DNA of 32,000 nucleotides from positions 78,384 through 110,383 of the forward strand of contig DASRRI010000103.1 of the NCBI GenBank assembly GCA_035695765.1, written 5' to 3'. The translations under genes and the position numbers were made by a program. Numbering within the stretch: position 1 is the first letter of the stretch; each line of letters opens with the position of its first letter. This DNA comes from Dongiaceae bacterium. Lineage in GTDB: Bacteria; Pseudomonadota; Alphaproteobacteria; Dongiales; Dongiaceae. This document shows positions 1-8,268 of the stretch, piece after piece. The notes under the pieces were generated by a model that saw only the letters and a list, made by a program, of their open reading frames with translations, searched no databases and was not told where the DNA came from.

Positions 1-1
1 G

Positions 2-610
2 CTGCTGAACGCCGACATCCGCGCGCGCAAATTCTTCCGCGTCGCGTTCCTGCTGCCCTTCATGCTGAGTCCGGTGGCGGTCAGCTGGATGATCGGCAAG
101 TCGCTGGCGGAATACCGGTTCGGGCCGGTGGCAAAGCTGGCGCGGCACCTGGGCTGGGACAATCCGGCCTTCTTCACCTCGCCCTGGATCGCCAAGTTCA
201 GCATCGCGATCATGGATGCCTGGGTGTGGATCCCCTTCATCATGATCATGCTGCTGGCCGGATTGCAGGCGCTGCCGAAGGAATTGTCGGAAGCGGCCAA
301 GGTCGACGGCGCCAGCAAGTGGCAGGGCTTCTGGCAGATCACCTTCCCGCTCATGCTGCCGGTCAGCGTGACCGCGGTGGTGCTGCGCATCATATTCCAA
401 TTGAAGCTGGCGGACATTGTTATCAACGTCACCTCCGGCGGCCCGGGCGGCGCGACGGACACCGTCTCCTCCTTCATCTTCCGTGAATATCGCGACCGCT
501 CGAACGTCGGCTACGGCACCATGCTGGCCGAGTTCTATCTGGTCATCATCATCGTCTTTGTGACCCTGCTGCTGAACTTCGTCAGCCGCTGGATGAAAAA
601 GATCAACTGA
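2..610 (+). CDS. ABC transporter permease, MalF/UgpA-like (CUT1 family), 5' end outside window
   Basis: The frame is open from the window edge. The sequence is multi-TM and hydrophobic, with the EAA-loop motif LSEAAKVDGASKWQGFWQITFP. It is followed 3 nt later by a second permease gene. Confidence 0.9.
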   Translation: MLNADIRARKFFRVAFLLPFMLSPVAVSWMIGKSLAEYRFGPVAKLARHLGWDNPAFFTSPWIAKFSIAIMDAWVWIPFIMIMLLAGLQALPKELSEAAKVDGASKWQGFWQITFPLMLPVSVTAVVLRIIFQLKLADIVINVTSGGPGGATDTVSSFIFREYRDRSNVGYGTMLAEFYLVIIIVFVTLLLNFVSRWMKKIN

Positions 611-613
611 CCC

Positions 614-1510
614 ATGGCAACGCGAACTCAAAGTCTCCGCGCGCATCATTATCCGACCCGGATCATGGTCTATGGGCTGCTGCTGGTCTGGGCCTTCATC
701 TGCCTGTTCCCGATCTATTGGACCTTCACCACCTCGTTCAAGACCGCCGTCGACGTGACGCAGGGCCACATCGTTCCGTGGCTGGATTTCAAACCGGACT
801 GGAAAGGCTGGCGTTCGCTCGGCCTGTCGCCCGATACGATCAGCGAGACCTCGACGGTGCGCGAAGAATTCCTGAAGCGCTTCACCAACAGCGTCATCGC
901 CTCGATCAGCGCCTCCGCGCTCGCCGTCCTCATCGGCTCGTGCGCGGCCTACGGGCTCAGCCGCTTCAGCTACAAGTTCGGCTGGATGCGGAACAAGGAC
1001 ATCTCGTTCTTCTTCCTCTCGCAGCTCATCCTGCCGCCGGTCGTGCTCGCGATGCCGTTCCTGGTGCTCTACAAGGAGATGGCGCTGCTCGATACGCGCA
1101 TCGGCCTCATCCTGCTCTATACGCTGATGGTGCTGCCGATCGTGATCTGGATCATGCGCGATCAGTTCGACACCATCCCGCAGGAGCTGGAGCAGGCGGC
1201 GCTGGTCGATGGCTGCTCGGTCTGGGGCGCGTTCCTGCGCATCGTCCTGCCGATCGCCTTGCCCGGCATGGTCGCGGCCTTCATCCTCTCCGTCATCCTG
1301 TGCTGGAACGAGTATTTCTTCGCGGCCTTGCTCACCAGCACCAATGCCAAGACGCTGCCGGTCATGGTGGCGAGCCAGACCGGCTCGCAAGGCATCAGCT
1401 GGTGGTCGATGGCCGCCCTCTCCGCCGCTGCAATCGCGCCGCTGATCGTGATCGGCGTATTCCTGGAGCGCTATATTGTGAAGGGACTGACGGCGGGATC
1501 CGTCAAATAG
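614..1510 (+). CDS. ABC transporter permease, MalG/UgpE-like (CUT1 family)
   Basis: 298-aa ORF with about 6 hydrophobic segments and the EAA loop ELEQAALVDGCSVWGAFLRIVLP. It lies directly after the first permease. Confidence 0.92.
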   Translation: MATRTQSLRAHHYPTRIMVYGLLLVWAFICLFPIYWTFTTSFKTAVDVTQGHIVPWLDFKPDWKGWRSLGLSPDTISETSTVREEFLKRFTNSVIASISASALAVLIGSCAAYGLSRFSYKFGWMRNKDISFFFLSQLILPPVVLAMPFLVLYKEMALLDTRIGLILLYTLMVLPIVIWIMRDQFDTIPQELEQAALVDGCSVWGAFLRIVLPIALPGMVAAFILSVILCWNEYFFAALLTSTNAKTLPVMVASQTGSQGISWWSMAALSAAAIAPLIVIGVFLERYIVKGLTAGSVK

Positions 1511-3002
1511 AGTCCAGCGCCGTCATGCTCTTGCGCGTCGCGGGATAGAGGTCGCGGAAAATCTGGTAGAGCTTCGAATAGCGGTCACGCACCGTAGGAT
1601 CAGGCGTGAAGGTGCTTGCGACCGGATTCCAGGTTTCGATATCTGATGCCTTGACCTCGCCCACGGCCTTGGCTGCCAGGAACGCGTCGCCGTAGCTGGC
1701 GCCGATAGTCTTCTCCCGCACGATCTGCGAGCGGCCGGAAATATCTGAGGTCGCTTGGGCCCAGACGCGGTTCTTGGTGCCGCCGCCGACAGCATAGATC
1801 GCAGCCGGCTCCTGCCCCACTTCGGCGTAGGTTTCGAAAATATGGTTGGTGCCGCAGGCGATGCCTTCCAGCAAAGCGCGGAACAGGTCGCCGCGCTCAT
1901 GTGTCAGGTTGAGGCCGAAGATCATGCCCTTGGCCTGCGGATCGTGGATCGGCGTCCGCTCGCCTGAGAAGTAAGGCAGCATCACCAGACCCTTCGCGCC
2001 CGGCGGCGATTTCTCGGCCTCTTCCGTCAGGGTCACGATCGCGGTCTCGGCATCGAGCTCGCGCGCGAATTGCTGGCGGAACCAGTGAGTCAGCGTGCCG
2101 CTGGTGGCAAGGCCAGACATGGAAGCGTGCTGGCCGGGGAACAGCCACGGCGCATACCAGAGGCGGCTGTCCACCACGCGCCTGGGCATGATCTCGATAA
2201 TGAAAATGGTGGAGCCGTACATAAGCATCATGTCGCCTGGCTTGGCGACGCCGACGCTCAAGGCTTCCGCCGCCGCATCGATGGTGCCGACGATGACCGG
2301 CGTGCCGGCCGCGAGGCCGGTCTCCGCCGCCGCGCGCTGCGTCACGGCGCCGGCGACCTCTGTGGTCCAGGCCGGCTCGGGCAAGCGATCGAGTTCGATG
2401 ATGTCATTGGCGAGAACATCGCTGTAAGCGAGCTGGTCCGGTAGATAAAGCGGGCTGGAATTCGCCGCGGAATAATGGTCGATCACGAAGCGGCCAGTCA
2501 GCCGATGGACGAGGAAGGAGGTCGAGGTCAGGATCTTGTGTGTCTTGGCGAAGAGGGCCGGGCGATGGCGCTTCAGCCAGAGAATCTTGGGCCCAACCGA
2601 TTGCGAAGTCAGTGCGTTGCCGCATCGCTCGATCAGTGGGTCGGCGCCGATGCGTTGCGTCAGCTCTTCGATTTCTGTGGCCGCGCGCGTGTCAATGCCA
2701 TAGAGCACGGCATTCATCAACGGCGCGCCGTCCCGGTCCACCGGCAGCATGCAGGGGCCGATGGCGCTGGTGCCGATAGCGGCGATGGAAGCGGACGCGA
2801 TCCCGCTCTCCGCCAGCATCTTCTGCGTGACGAAGACGAAATCGCCCCACCAATCTTCTTCTGGCCGATGCTCAGCCCAGCCTGGCTGCGGCACCAGCAT
2901 CTGGTGCGGGCGGGAAGCCGTAGCGACGATCCGCCCAACCTGGTCTACGATGACGCCCTTGGTTTCGAAGGTACCAATGTCGACGCCAAGATAGTGCTTC
3001 AT
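1503..3002 (-). CDS. FGGY-family carbohydrate kinase (xylulokinase/ribulokinase-like)
   Basis: The N-terminus MKHYLGVDIGTFETKGVIVD is the FGGY/actin-fold phosphate-1 motif. A GGGTKNRVWAQATSDISG motif lies near the C-terminus. I trimmed the start from the ORF-track 3101 to the ATG at 3002, which overlaps the upstream gene's stop (ATGA). Confidence 0.88.
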   Translation of the reverse strand: MKHYLGVDIGTFETKGVIVDQVGRIVATASRPHQMLVPQPGWAEHRPEEDWWGDFVFVTQKMLAESGIASASIAAIGTSAIGPCMLPVDRDGAPLMNAVLYGIDTRAATEIEELTQRIGADPLIERCGNALTSQSVGPKILWLKRHRPALFAKTHKILTSTSFLVHRLTGRFVIDHYSAANSSPLYLPDQLAYSDVLANDIIELDRLPEPAWTTEVAGAVTQRAAAETGLAAGTPVIVGTIDAAAEALSVGVAKPGDMMLMYGSTIFIIEIMPRRVVDSRLWYAPWLFPGQHASMSGLATSGTLTHWFRQQFARELDAETAIVTLTEEAEKSPPGAKGLVMLPYFSGERTPIHDPQAKGMIFGLNLTHERGDLFRALLEGIACGTNHIFETYAEVGQEPAAIYAVGGGTKNRVWAQATSDISGRSQIVREKTIGASYGDAFLAAKAVGEVKASDIETWNPVASTFTPDPTVRDRYSKLYQIFRDLYPATRKSMTALDSI

Positions 3003-4126
3003 TCGAGATAGTGATCCCGATCGAGGCTGAATTTCTTGTCGATGCGCGAGATACCGGCAACCAGCAATTTCGCAAGACCATCGAGGTCGGCAAGGTCGCA
3101 CATCTCCAGCGAGGAATGTGTGTAGCGCGTGGGGAAGCCGAGATCGATGCAGGCCACGCCGGTGCCCGTCACCTGCACGTAGGATGAATCCGTGAGCGCG
3201 CCGATATGGGCGCTGCGCTGGAGCGGGATCTTTTCGGCTATAGCCGTCTTCTCGAACAACTCCACCAGCGCTGGATGCGGGATGGTGCCGTTGAGCGTTC
3301 CGCGGCCGTGGAAGCTGTAGAGGCTAATGCCCGGACCGCCGCCTAGCTTGACGTCACCACGCGCAGTCATGTCCGGAGTATCGGTGGCGAGAATGAGGTC
3401 AAGCTGGATCGCGATGTCCGGATTGAGCGCCTGCGCCGCCGTCACGGCGCCGCGCAGGTTAAATTCCTCCTGCACCGAAAAGACCAGATGCAAGGTCGGC
3501 CGCCTCGGATCGTCCTTGAGAGTGCGTGCAACTTCGAGCATGACGGCGCAGCCCGCACGGTCATCGACCGATGTTCCGACGATGCGATCACCGGCCAGCT
3601 CCAGAACGTTCGGCGCGTAGACGATGGGAGCGCCAACCACTATTCCGGCGGCCGCGATCTCCGCCGCGCTGCCGAACCCGCAATCGATATAGAGATCGGA
3701 ATATGGCAGGACCTTGTATTTCTCGTCCGGCTGGGTTGCGTGGTGGCTCTTGTTGGCGATGATGCCCGGAATGGTCTTGCCCTGCCCCACCGACACGCGC
3801 ACCGACTGGGAGGGCAGCGCCTTTTCCGGAACACCGCCGACGCGTTCCACGCGCAGCAGGCCGTTCGCCTCGATCTTGCGCACCACCAGGCCGAGCTGGT
3901 CCATGTGCGCGAACAGCATGACGGAAGGCGCGCCCTTGTCGCCGGGCAAAGTCGCGATGAGATTGCCCATGCGGTCGCTGTGCGAGGCAATGCCGAGTTC
4001 CTTGAGTTGCTTCGCGAGCAGACGGCGGACGGGACCCTCATGACCGCTGAGGCCGGAGGTCGCCATCAACGACGTGAGCCAGGCCTTCAGCCGTTCCCGC
4101 GCGCCCTTCGCCCCCTGCGCGGCCAT
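2999..4126 (-). CDS. M42-family metallopeptidase/glucanase-like protein (FrvX/SgcX/YsdC type)
   Basis: Motifs SGHEGPV, MLFAHMDQLGLVV, DDRAGCAV and VQEEFNLRGA are typical of M42 (metal ligands H/D/E/D). The start is set at the ATG at 4126, with GAGGG 8 nt upstream and 1 nt after the upstream TGA. Confidence 0.85.
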   Translation of the reverse strand: MAAQGAKGARERLKAWLTSLMATSGLSGHEGPVRRLLAKQLKELGIASHSDRMGNLIATLPGDKGAPSVMLFAHMDQLGLVVRKIEANGLLRVERVGGVPEKALPSQSVRVSVGQGKTIPGIIANKSHHATQPDEKYKVLPYSDLYIDCGFGSAAEIAAAGIVVGAPIVYAPNVLELAGDRIVGTSVDDRAGCAVMLEVARTLKDDPRRPTLHLVFSVQEEFNLRGAVTAAQALNPDIAIQLDLILATDTPDMTARGDVKLGGGPGISLYSFHGRGTLNGTIPHPALVELFEKTAIAEKIPLQRSAHIGALTDSSYVQVTGTGVACIDLGFPTRYTHSSLEMCDLADLDGLAKLLVAGISRIDKKFSLDRDHYLE

Positions 4127-4127
4127 C

Positions 4128-4940
4128 TCAGTGCCCTCGCGCTGCACGCGCGAGGCGCATGAATTCCTTGGCGCGCTCCGGATCGACGGGGTTCCAGGTG
4201 TTGCCGTCGACCTTCAGCGCTGTTCCGACGATGCAGCCATCCGCCACGCGCAGCACGTCGGCGACCGTCGCGTGCTTGACGCCGGTATTGGCAAGCACGG
4301 GCGTATCAGGCAGCACCTTCTTGACTGCTTCCAACTCTGACAAGGCAGCCGCCTCGCCGGTGATGATGCCGGAAACGAGGATCGCATCAGGAATCGAAGA
4401 GAAGACCGCGCTGCGCGCCCGGTCCGGCAGGCTGCGCTGATCGAGCGACCAGGCAAATTCGGCGGAGATGTTGTCGAACAGAGCAAGGTCTCGTCGGCCC
4501 AGCCGGTCACGATAGCGCATGGCCGCGCCAGCGTCCGGAGTCCACGGCCCCATGTCAGAGGCATAGGTGCCGGTCAGGATCTCGCGCACGAAGCTGGCAC
4601 CCGTCGCCGCGGCCAGCGCGACAGAGCTGATGGGGTCCCACAGGACGTTGACGCCGAAGGGCACGGCAATCTCGCGTTTCACCTGCCCGATCGCATAGGC
4701 CATAGTCGCGGTCGAAGCCGTGTCGACCTTGAATTCGTAGGGCCGGTCGTTCTCGTTGCCGAACATGACCGCATCGACGCCGGCCGCCTGCAGCGCCCTC
4801 AGATCCTTGCGGATGCCTTCGACCAGCCCGTCGATGCCGGCGTCGACGTCATAGAGCGGCGCTCCCGGCAAAGCGCCGAAATGCACCATGGCAATGACGG
4901 GCTTCTTGCCGGGGAAAATCCTCGCGAATCGCGTTGTCAT
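4128..4940 (-). CDS. BtpA/SgcQ-family TIM-barrel protein
   Basis: 270 aa. The N-terminus KPVIAMVHFGALPGAPLYD and the overall pattern match the BtpA/SgcQ family as I recall it. It is the first gene of a three-gene minus-strand operon. Confidence 0.75.
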   Translation of the reverse strand: MTTRFARIFPGKKPVIAMVHFGALPGAPLYDVDAGIDGLVEGIRKDLRALQAAGVDAVMFGNENDRPYEFKVDTASTATMAYAIGQVKREIAVPFGVNVLWDPISSVALAAATGASFVREILTGTYASDMGPWTPDAGAAMRYRDRLGRRDLALFDNISAEFAWSLDQRSLPDRARSAVFSSIPDAILVSGIITGEAAALSELEAVKKVLPDTPVLANTGVKHATVADVLRVADGCIVGTALKVDGNTWNPVDPERAKEFMRLARAARGH

Positions 4941-5117
4941 GTCTGCCGGGATAGCTGTTGGATTGAACTGTCGCGATCAGTTCGTAAAGTAATCCCCGGC
5001 GACCCGCAAGGCGACGCGACGCACCGCTCGTTTGGCGGCGATCAGCACTGATTAATTGCAGAACCGGCTGGCTTGAATACCGCAGCCGTCACATAGTCGG
5101 CAGCACGATATCTCGGG

Positions 5118-5600
5118 CTATCGTACTGCCCTGTAGAAGCTTATCTCGTCCTCTTCCCGCTCCGTCTTTCGCGACTCAAGATACCGCGCGATGAAATCGT
5201 GGACCGCCGGTGAAATATCGATGCCGCCGGCTTCGGCCTGCTTGACGATCCGCACTGCGGAGGTGCCGCTATCCGCACTGGCCAGCAGGGAAAGCGTTGC
5301 GGCGCGCTGCCCCAATCCGCAATGCACATAGACGGGCGCGGGCAGCGCCGCGATCACATCTTGAAGGGCTTGCACATCCATTTCGGAAAGTTTCTCGGCA
5401 GCGATCGGCAGGTGCACGAAGGCCAGGCCAAGCTCAGCCGCCAGCCGGCTTTCCTGGTCGGGATTCAATCCTTCTGACTCTTCATGAGGCAAGCGCAAAT
5501 TGACGATGGAGCGAATGCCTTCTTGCTGCAGCTCCGCTTCCGCCGAACTCGGCTGATTGCCGGCAATGATGAAACCGATCGGGACCTTGTGCTGGGTCAT
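5118..5600 (-). CDS. DUF442-like protein (phosphatase-fold, TIGR01244/Blh N-domain type)
   Basis: 160 aa with the motif VHCGLGQRA (Cys-x4-Arg P-loop, as in DUF442/beta-lactamase-hydrolase-like N-domains). A strong SD (GAAGGAGGTG) sits inside the ssuB 3' end, 4 nt (AGCA) upstream of the ATG. Confidence 0.65.
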   Translation of the reverse strand: MTQHKVPIGFIIAGNQPSSAEAELQQEGIRSIVNLRLPHEESEGLNPDQESRLAAELGLAFVHLPIAAEKLSEMDVQALQDVIAALPAPVYVHCGLGQRAATLSLLASADSGTSAVRIVKQAEAGGIDISPAVHDFIARYLESRKTEREEDEISFYRAVR

Positions 5601-5604
5601 TGCT

Positions 5605-6417
5605 CTACACCTCCTTCAAGACCGCGGCCTCCAATGCGGCCAGATGGGCATTGCCCGCAGCCCGCGGCCGCGCGTTCGGAACCGAAAGGTCAAGAGCGAT
5701 GCGCCCATCGCGCAGCACCAACACGCGATCCGCGAGCGTGACCGCCTCGCGTACATCGTGGGTGATGAGAACGGTGGTGAAACCGTGGGTCTGCCAAATT
5801 TGCGTCACCAGCTGGTGCATCTCCTGCCGCGTCAGCGCATCAAGCGCGCCGAATGGCTCGTCCAGCAGCAGGACTCCGGGGTGATTGATGAGCGCGCGCG
5901 CCAGTGCGACGCGCTGCCGTTGGCCGCCTGACAGCACCGCAGGCCAGTCGTGGGCGCGGTCCGCAAGGCCGACATCGGCCAGCGCGGCCTGCGCCGCCTC
6001 GCGCCAACCGGGGGTGCGAGCAATCCCCACATTGGAGATGACCCGCTGCCATGGCAGCAGCCGTGCCTCTTGAAACAGCAGGCGAACAGAGGATTGCAGG
6101 CCGGCAACGGGATTGTCGTCGATCAGGACCCTGCCCTGGTTCGGTGCTTCGAGACCGGAGAGGAGGCGCAGCAACGTCGTCTTGCCACCGCCGGAACGGC
6201 CGACAATGGCGACGAACTGGCCGGCCGGAATCTCAAGATCCAACCCTGCGATGACCTGCCGCTCGCCGAATGACTTGACGGTGTTCTCGAAGCGGATCGC
6301 CAAGCCTTTTCCCGGACGACCAGCGATGTCTCGATCAGCAGCCGGCGGAACCAGTGCGGCCGGGTCATCGAAGCCAAGCGGCGACACCCATCGCAGATTG
6401 ATGTTCGCCGCCCTCAT
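5605..6417 (-). CDS. ssuB: Aliphatic sulfonate ABC transporter ATP-binding protein
   Basis: Walker A GRSGGGKTT, signature LSGGQRQRVALARAL and Walker B LLLDEPF. The start overlaps the ssuC stop (ATGA). The gene sits in ssu context. Confidence 0.9.
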   Translation of the reverse strand: MRAANINLRWVSPLGFDDPAALVPPAADRDIAGRPGKGLAIRFENTVKSFGERQVIAGLDLEIPAGQFVAIVGRSGGGKTTLLRLLSGLEAPNQGRVLIDDNPVAGLQSSVRLLFQEARLLPWQRVISNVGIARTPGWREAAQAALADVGLADRAHDWPAVLSGGQRQRVALARALINHPGVLLLDEPFGALDALTRQEMHQLVTQIWQTHGFTTVLITHDVREAVTLADRVLVLRDGRIALDLSVPNARPRAAGNAHLAALEAAVLKEV

Positions 6418-7205
6418 GCCGCCACCGCCATCTTAGTCTGGTAGGCCGGATGCCAGGACAAAGCGAGATGCTCCAGCGCCCGCGTGGCGCTGTCAGCCAG
6501 CTTGCCAAGCAGCGCGTAGACGATGATGCCGAGCAGCACCACGTCGGTCTGCAGGAACTCGCGCGCATTCATGGTCATGTAGCCGATCCCTTCGGATGCC
6601 GAGATGGTTTCGGAAACGATTAGCGTAAGCCACATGATACCGAGCGCGTAACGCAAGCCGACCAGAATAGAGGGCAGTGCGCCCGGCAGGATGACGCGAA
6701 GGAACAGGGCCGAGGATGAAAGACCGTAAACCCGCGCCATCTCGACCAGTCCGCGATCAACCGTACGGATGCCGTGAAAGGTGTTGAGATAGATCGGGAA
6801 CAGGCTGCCGATCGCGACCAGAAAGATCTTGGCTTCCTCGCCAATGCCGAACCACAGAATGACCAGCGGGATGATCGCGAGGTGCGGAATATTGCGCAGC
6901 ATCTGCACCGATGTATCCAGCAGTTTTTCCGCGATCGGCACGGCACCTGTCAGAACGCCCAGCGCAAATCCGATCCCACCGCCGATCAGCAGGCCATACA
7001 GAGCGCGCCGGCTGCTGATGGCGACGTGATGCAGGAGCGTTCCGTCCCTCAGGCTGTGCCAGAACGCGATCACCACGTCGCTGAGTGCCGGAAGCACGCG
7101 GGCTGACAGAAACCCCAGGCGGGCCGCCGTTTCCCAAGCTGCCACCAATGCGACCGGCAGCAGCCAGGGAATGAGGGCGTCGAGATAGCGAGATCGCCCG
7201 GTCAT
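6414..7205 (-). CDS. ssuC: Aliphatic sulfonate ABC transporter permease
   Basis: 263-aa multi-TM protein of the SsuC/TauC/NitT type, located between ssuA and ssuB. Confidence 0.9.
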   Translation of the reverse strand: MTGRSRYLDALIPWLLPVALVAAWETAARLGFLSARVLPALSDVVIAFWHSLRDGTLLHHVAISSRRALYGLLIGGGIGFALGVLTGAVPIAEKLLDTSVQMLRNIPHLAIIPLVILWFGIGEEAKIFLVAIGSLFPIYLNTFHGIRTVDRGLVEMARVYGLSSSALFLRVILPGALPSILVGLRYALGIMWLTLIVSETISASEGIGYMTMNAREFLQTDVVLLGIIVYALLGKLADSATRALEHLALSWHPAYQTKMAVAA

Positions 7206-7209
7206 CTGA

Positions 7210-8151
7210 TCACGAGGTCGGCTTGCGGACTACGTCGGCGACGTTGATCTGCTTGGGCAGCAGGCCGAGCTTGAAAAAAGTGTCGGCGATCTTCTGCTGT
7301 TCTGCGATCACCTCTGGCGTAACGGGCTGGAGCCCGTAAGCCAGCCGCTCGACCGCCGACTTCAGGATTGGCGCCGGGATGCCCACCTTCGGGCTCAGTT
7401 CGGCAGCGACCTCGTCCGACTTGCCTTTCGCCCAACCATCGATCTCTTTCAACGAGTCCAGGATGGCATCGACGACCTGCGGATTGGCGGCGGTGAACTT
7501 CTTCTCCGACAGGAAGAACTGATGGTTGGACACGAGGTCGGTGCCGTCCGCCAAGGTCCGCGCGCCAGTTGCAGCCTGCGCCGCGGCGTAGAACGGATCC
7601 CAGATCGCCCAGGCATCCACCGCTCCGCTTTCGAACGCAGCGCGCGCATCGGCGGGCGGCAGGAAGACCGGCTGGATGTCCTTGTAATCGATGCCGGCCT
7701 TTTCCAAGGCGCGCACCAGGAAGTAGTGGACGTTCGATCCCTTGTTCAGCGCGACCTTCTTGCCCTTGAGGTCGCCAATCGACTGGATCGGGCTGTCCTT
7801 GGCCACCAGGATCGCCTCGCTGGTCGGCGCCGGCGGCTCGTATCCGACATAGAGCAGCGGCGCGCCAGCAGCCTGGGCAAAGATCGGCGGCGCTTCACCC
7901 GTCGTGCCGAAATCGATCGCGCCAACATTGAGCGCTTCCAGCAATTGCGGCCCGCCAGGAAATTCGGTCCAGGTGACGGTAAAGCCAAGCGGCTTCAGCT
8001 TCTCCTCGAGCAGCCCCTTCTCCTTCAGGATTACCAACGTGCCGTATTTCTGATAGCCGATCCGCACCTCTTCGGCCGCGGATGGCTGTACCGATAGGAT
8101 GGCGGTAAGGCCGAGGGCCGCAATCGCCAATGACGTCAATTTCCTCAGCAT
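7210..8151 (-). CDS. ssuA: Aliphatic sulfonate ABC transporter periplasmic substrate-binding protein
   Basis: Signal peptide MLRKLTSLAIAALGLTAILSVQPSAA. The body is SsuA/NMT1-like (IGYQKYGTL, VGAIDFGTTGEAPP). AGGAGG lies 9 nt upstream of the ATG. Confidence 0.9.
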   Translation of the reverse strand: MLRKLTSLAIAALGLTAILSVQPSAAEEVRIGYQKYGTLVILKEKGLLEEKLKPLGFTVTWTEFPGGPQLLEALNVGAIDFGTTGEAPPIFAQAAGAPLLYVGYEPPAPTSEAILVAKDSPIQSIGDLKGKKVALNKGSNVHYFLVRALEKAGIDYKDIQPVFLPPADARAAFESGAVDAWAIWDPFYAAAQAATGARTLADGTDLVSNHQFFLSEKKFTAANPQVVDAILDSLKEIDGWAKGKSDEVAAELSPKVGIPAPILKSAVERLAYGLQPVTPEVIAEQQKIADTFFKLGLLPKQINVADVVRKPTS

Positions 8152-8268
8152 CCTTCATGCCCTCCTGGGGTTCTGCCGCAAACGCGCGCGCATGCTATTT
8201 CCCGACCGGGAAGATCGACAAACTAGTTTAACTGCGGCGTGCCCCCAGAAATTCTAGGGTCCTCGCGG

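Noticed and set aside
3003-3101. 33-codon extension of the FGGY kinase ORF
   Set aside because: FGGY kinases start a few residues before the DIGT motif. The ATG at 3002 gives MKHYLGVDIGT and forms an ATGA overlap with the upstream stop. The extension lies inside the M42 gene.
5064-5088. Possible terminator hairpin (CGGCTG-N12-CAGCCG) after the DUF442 gene
   Set aside because: It has only a 6-bp stem with a 12-nt loop and no U-tract, which is too weak to call.
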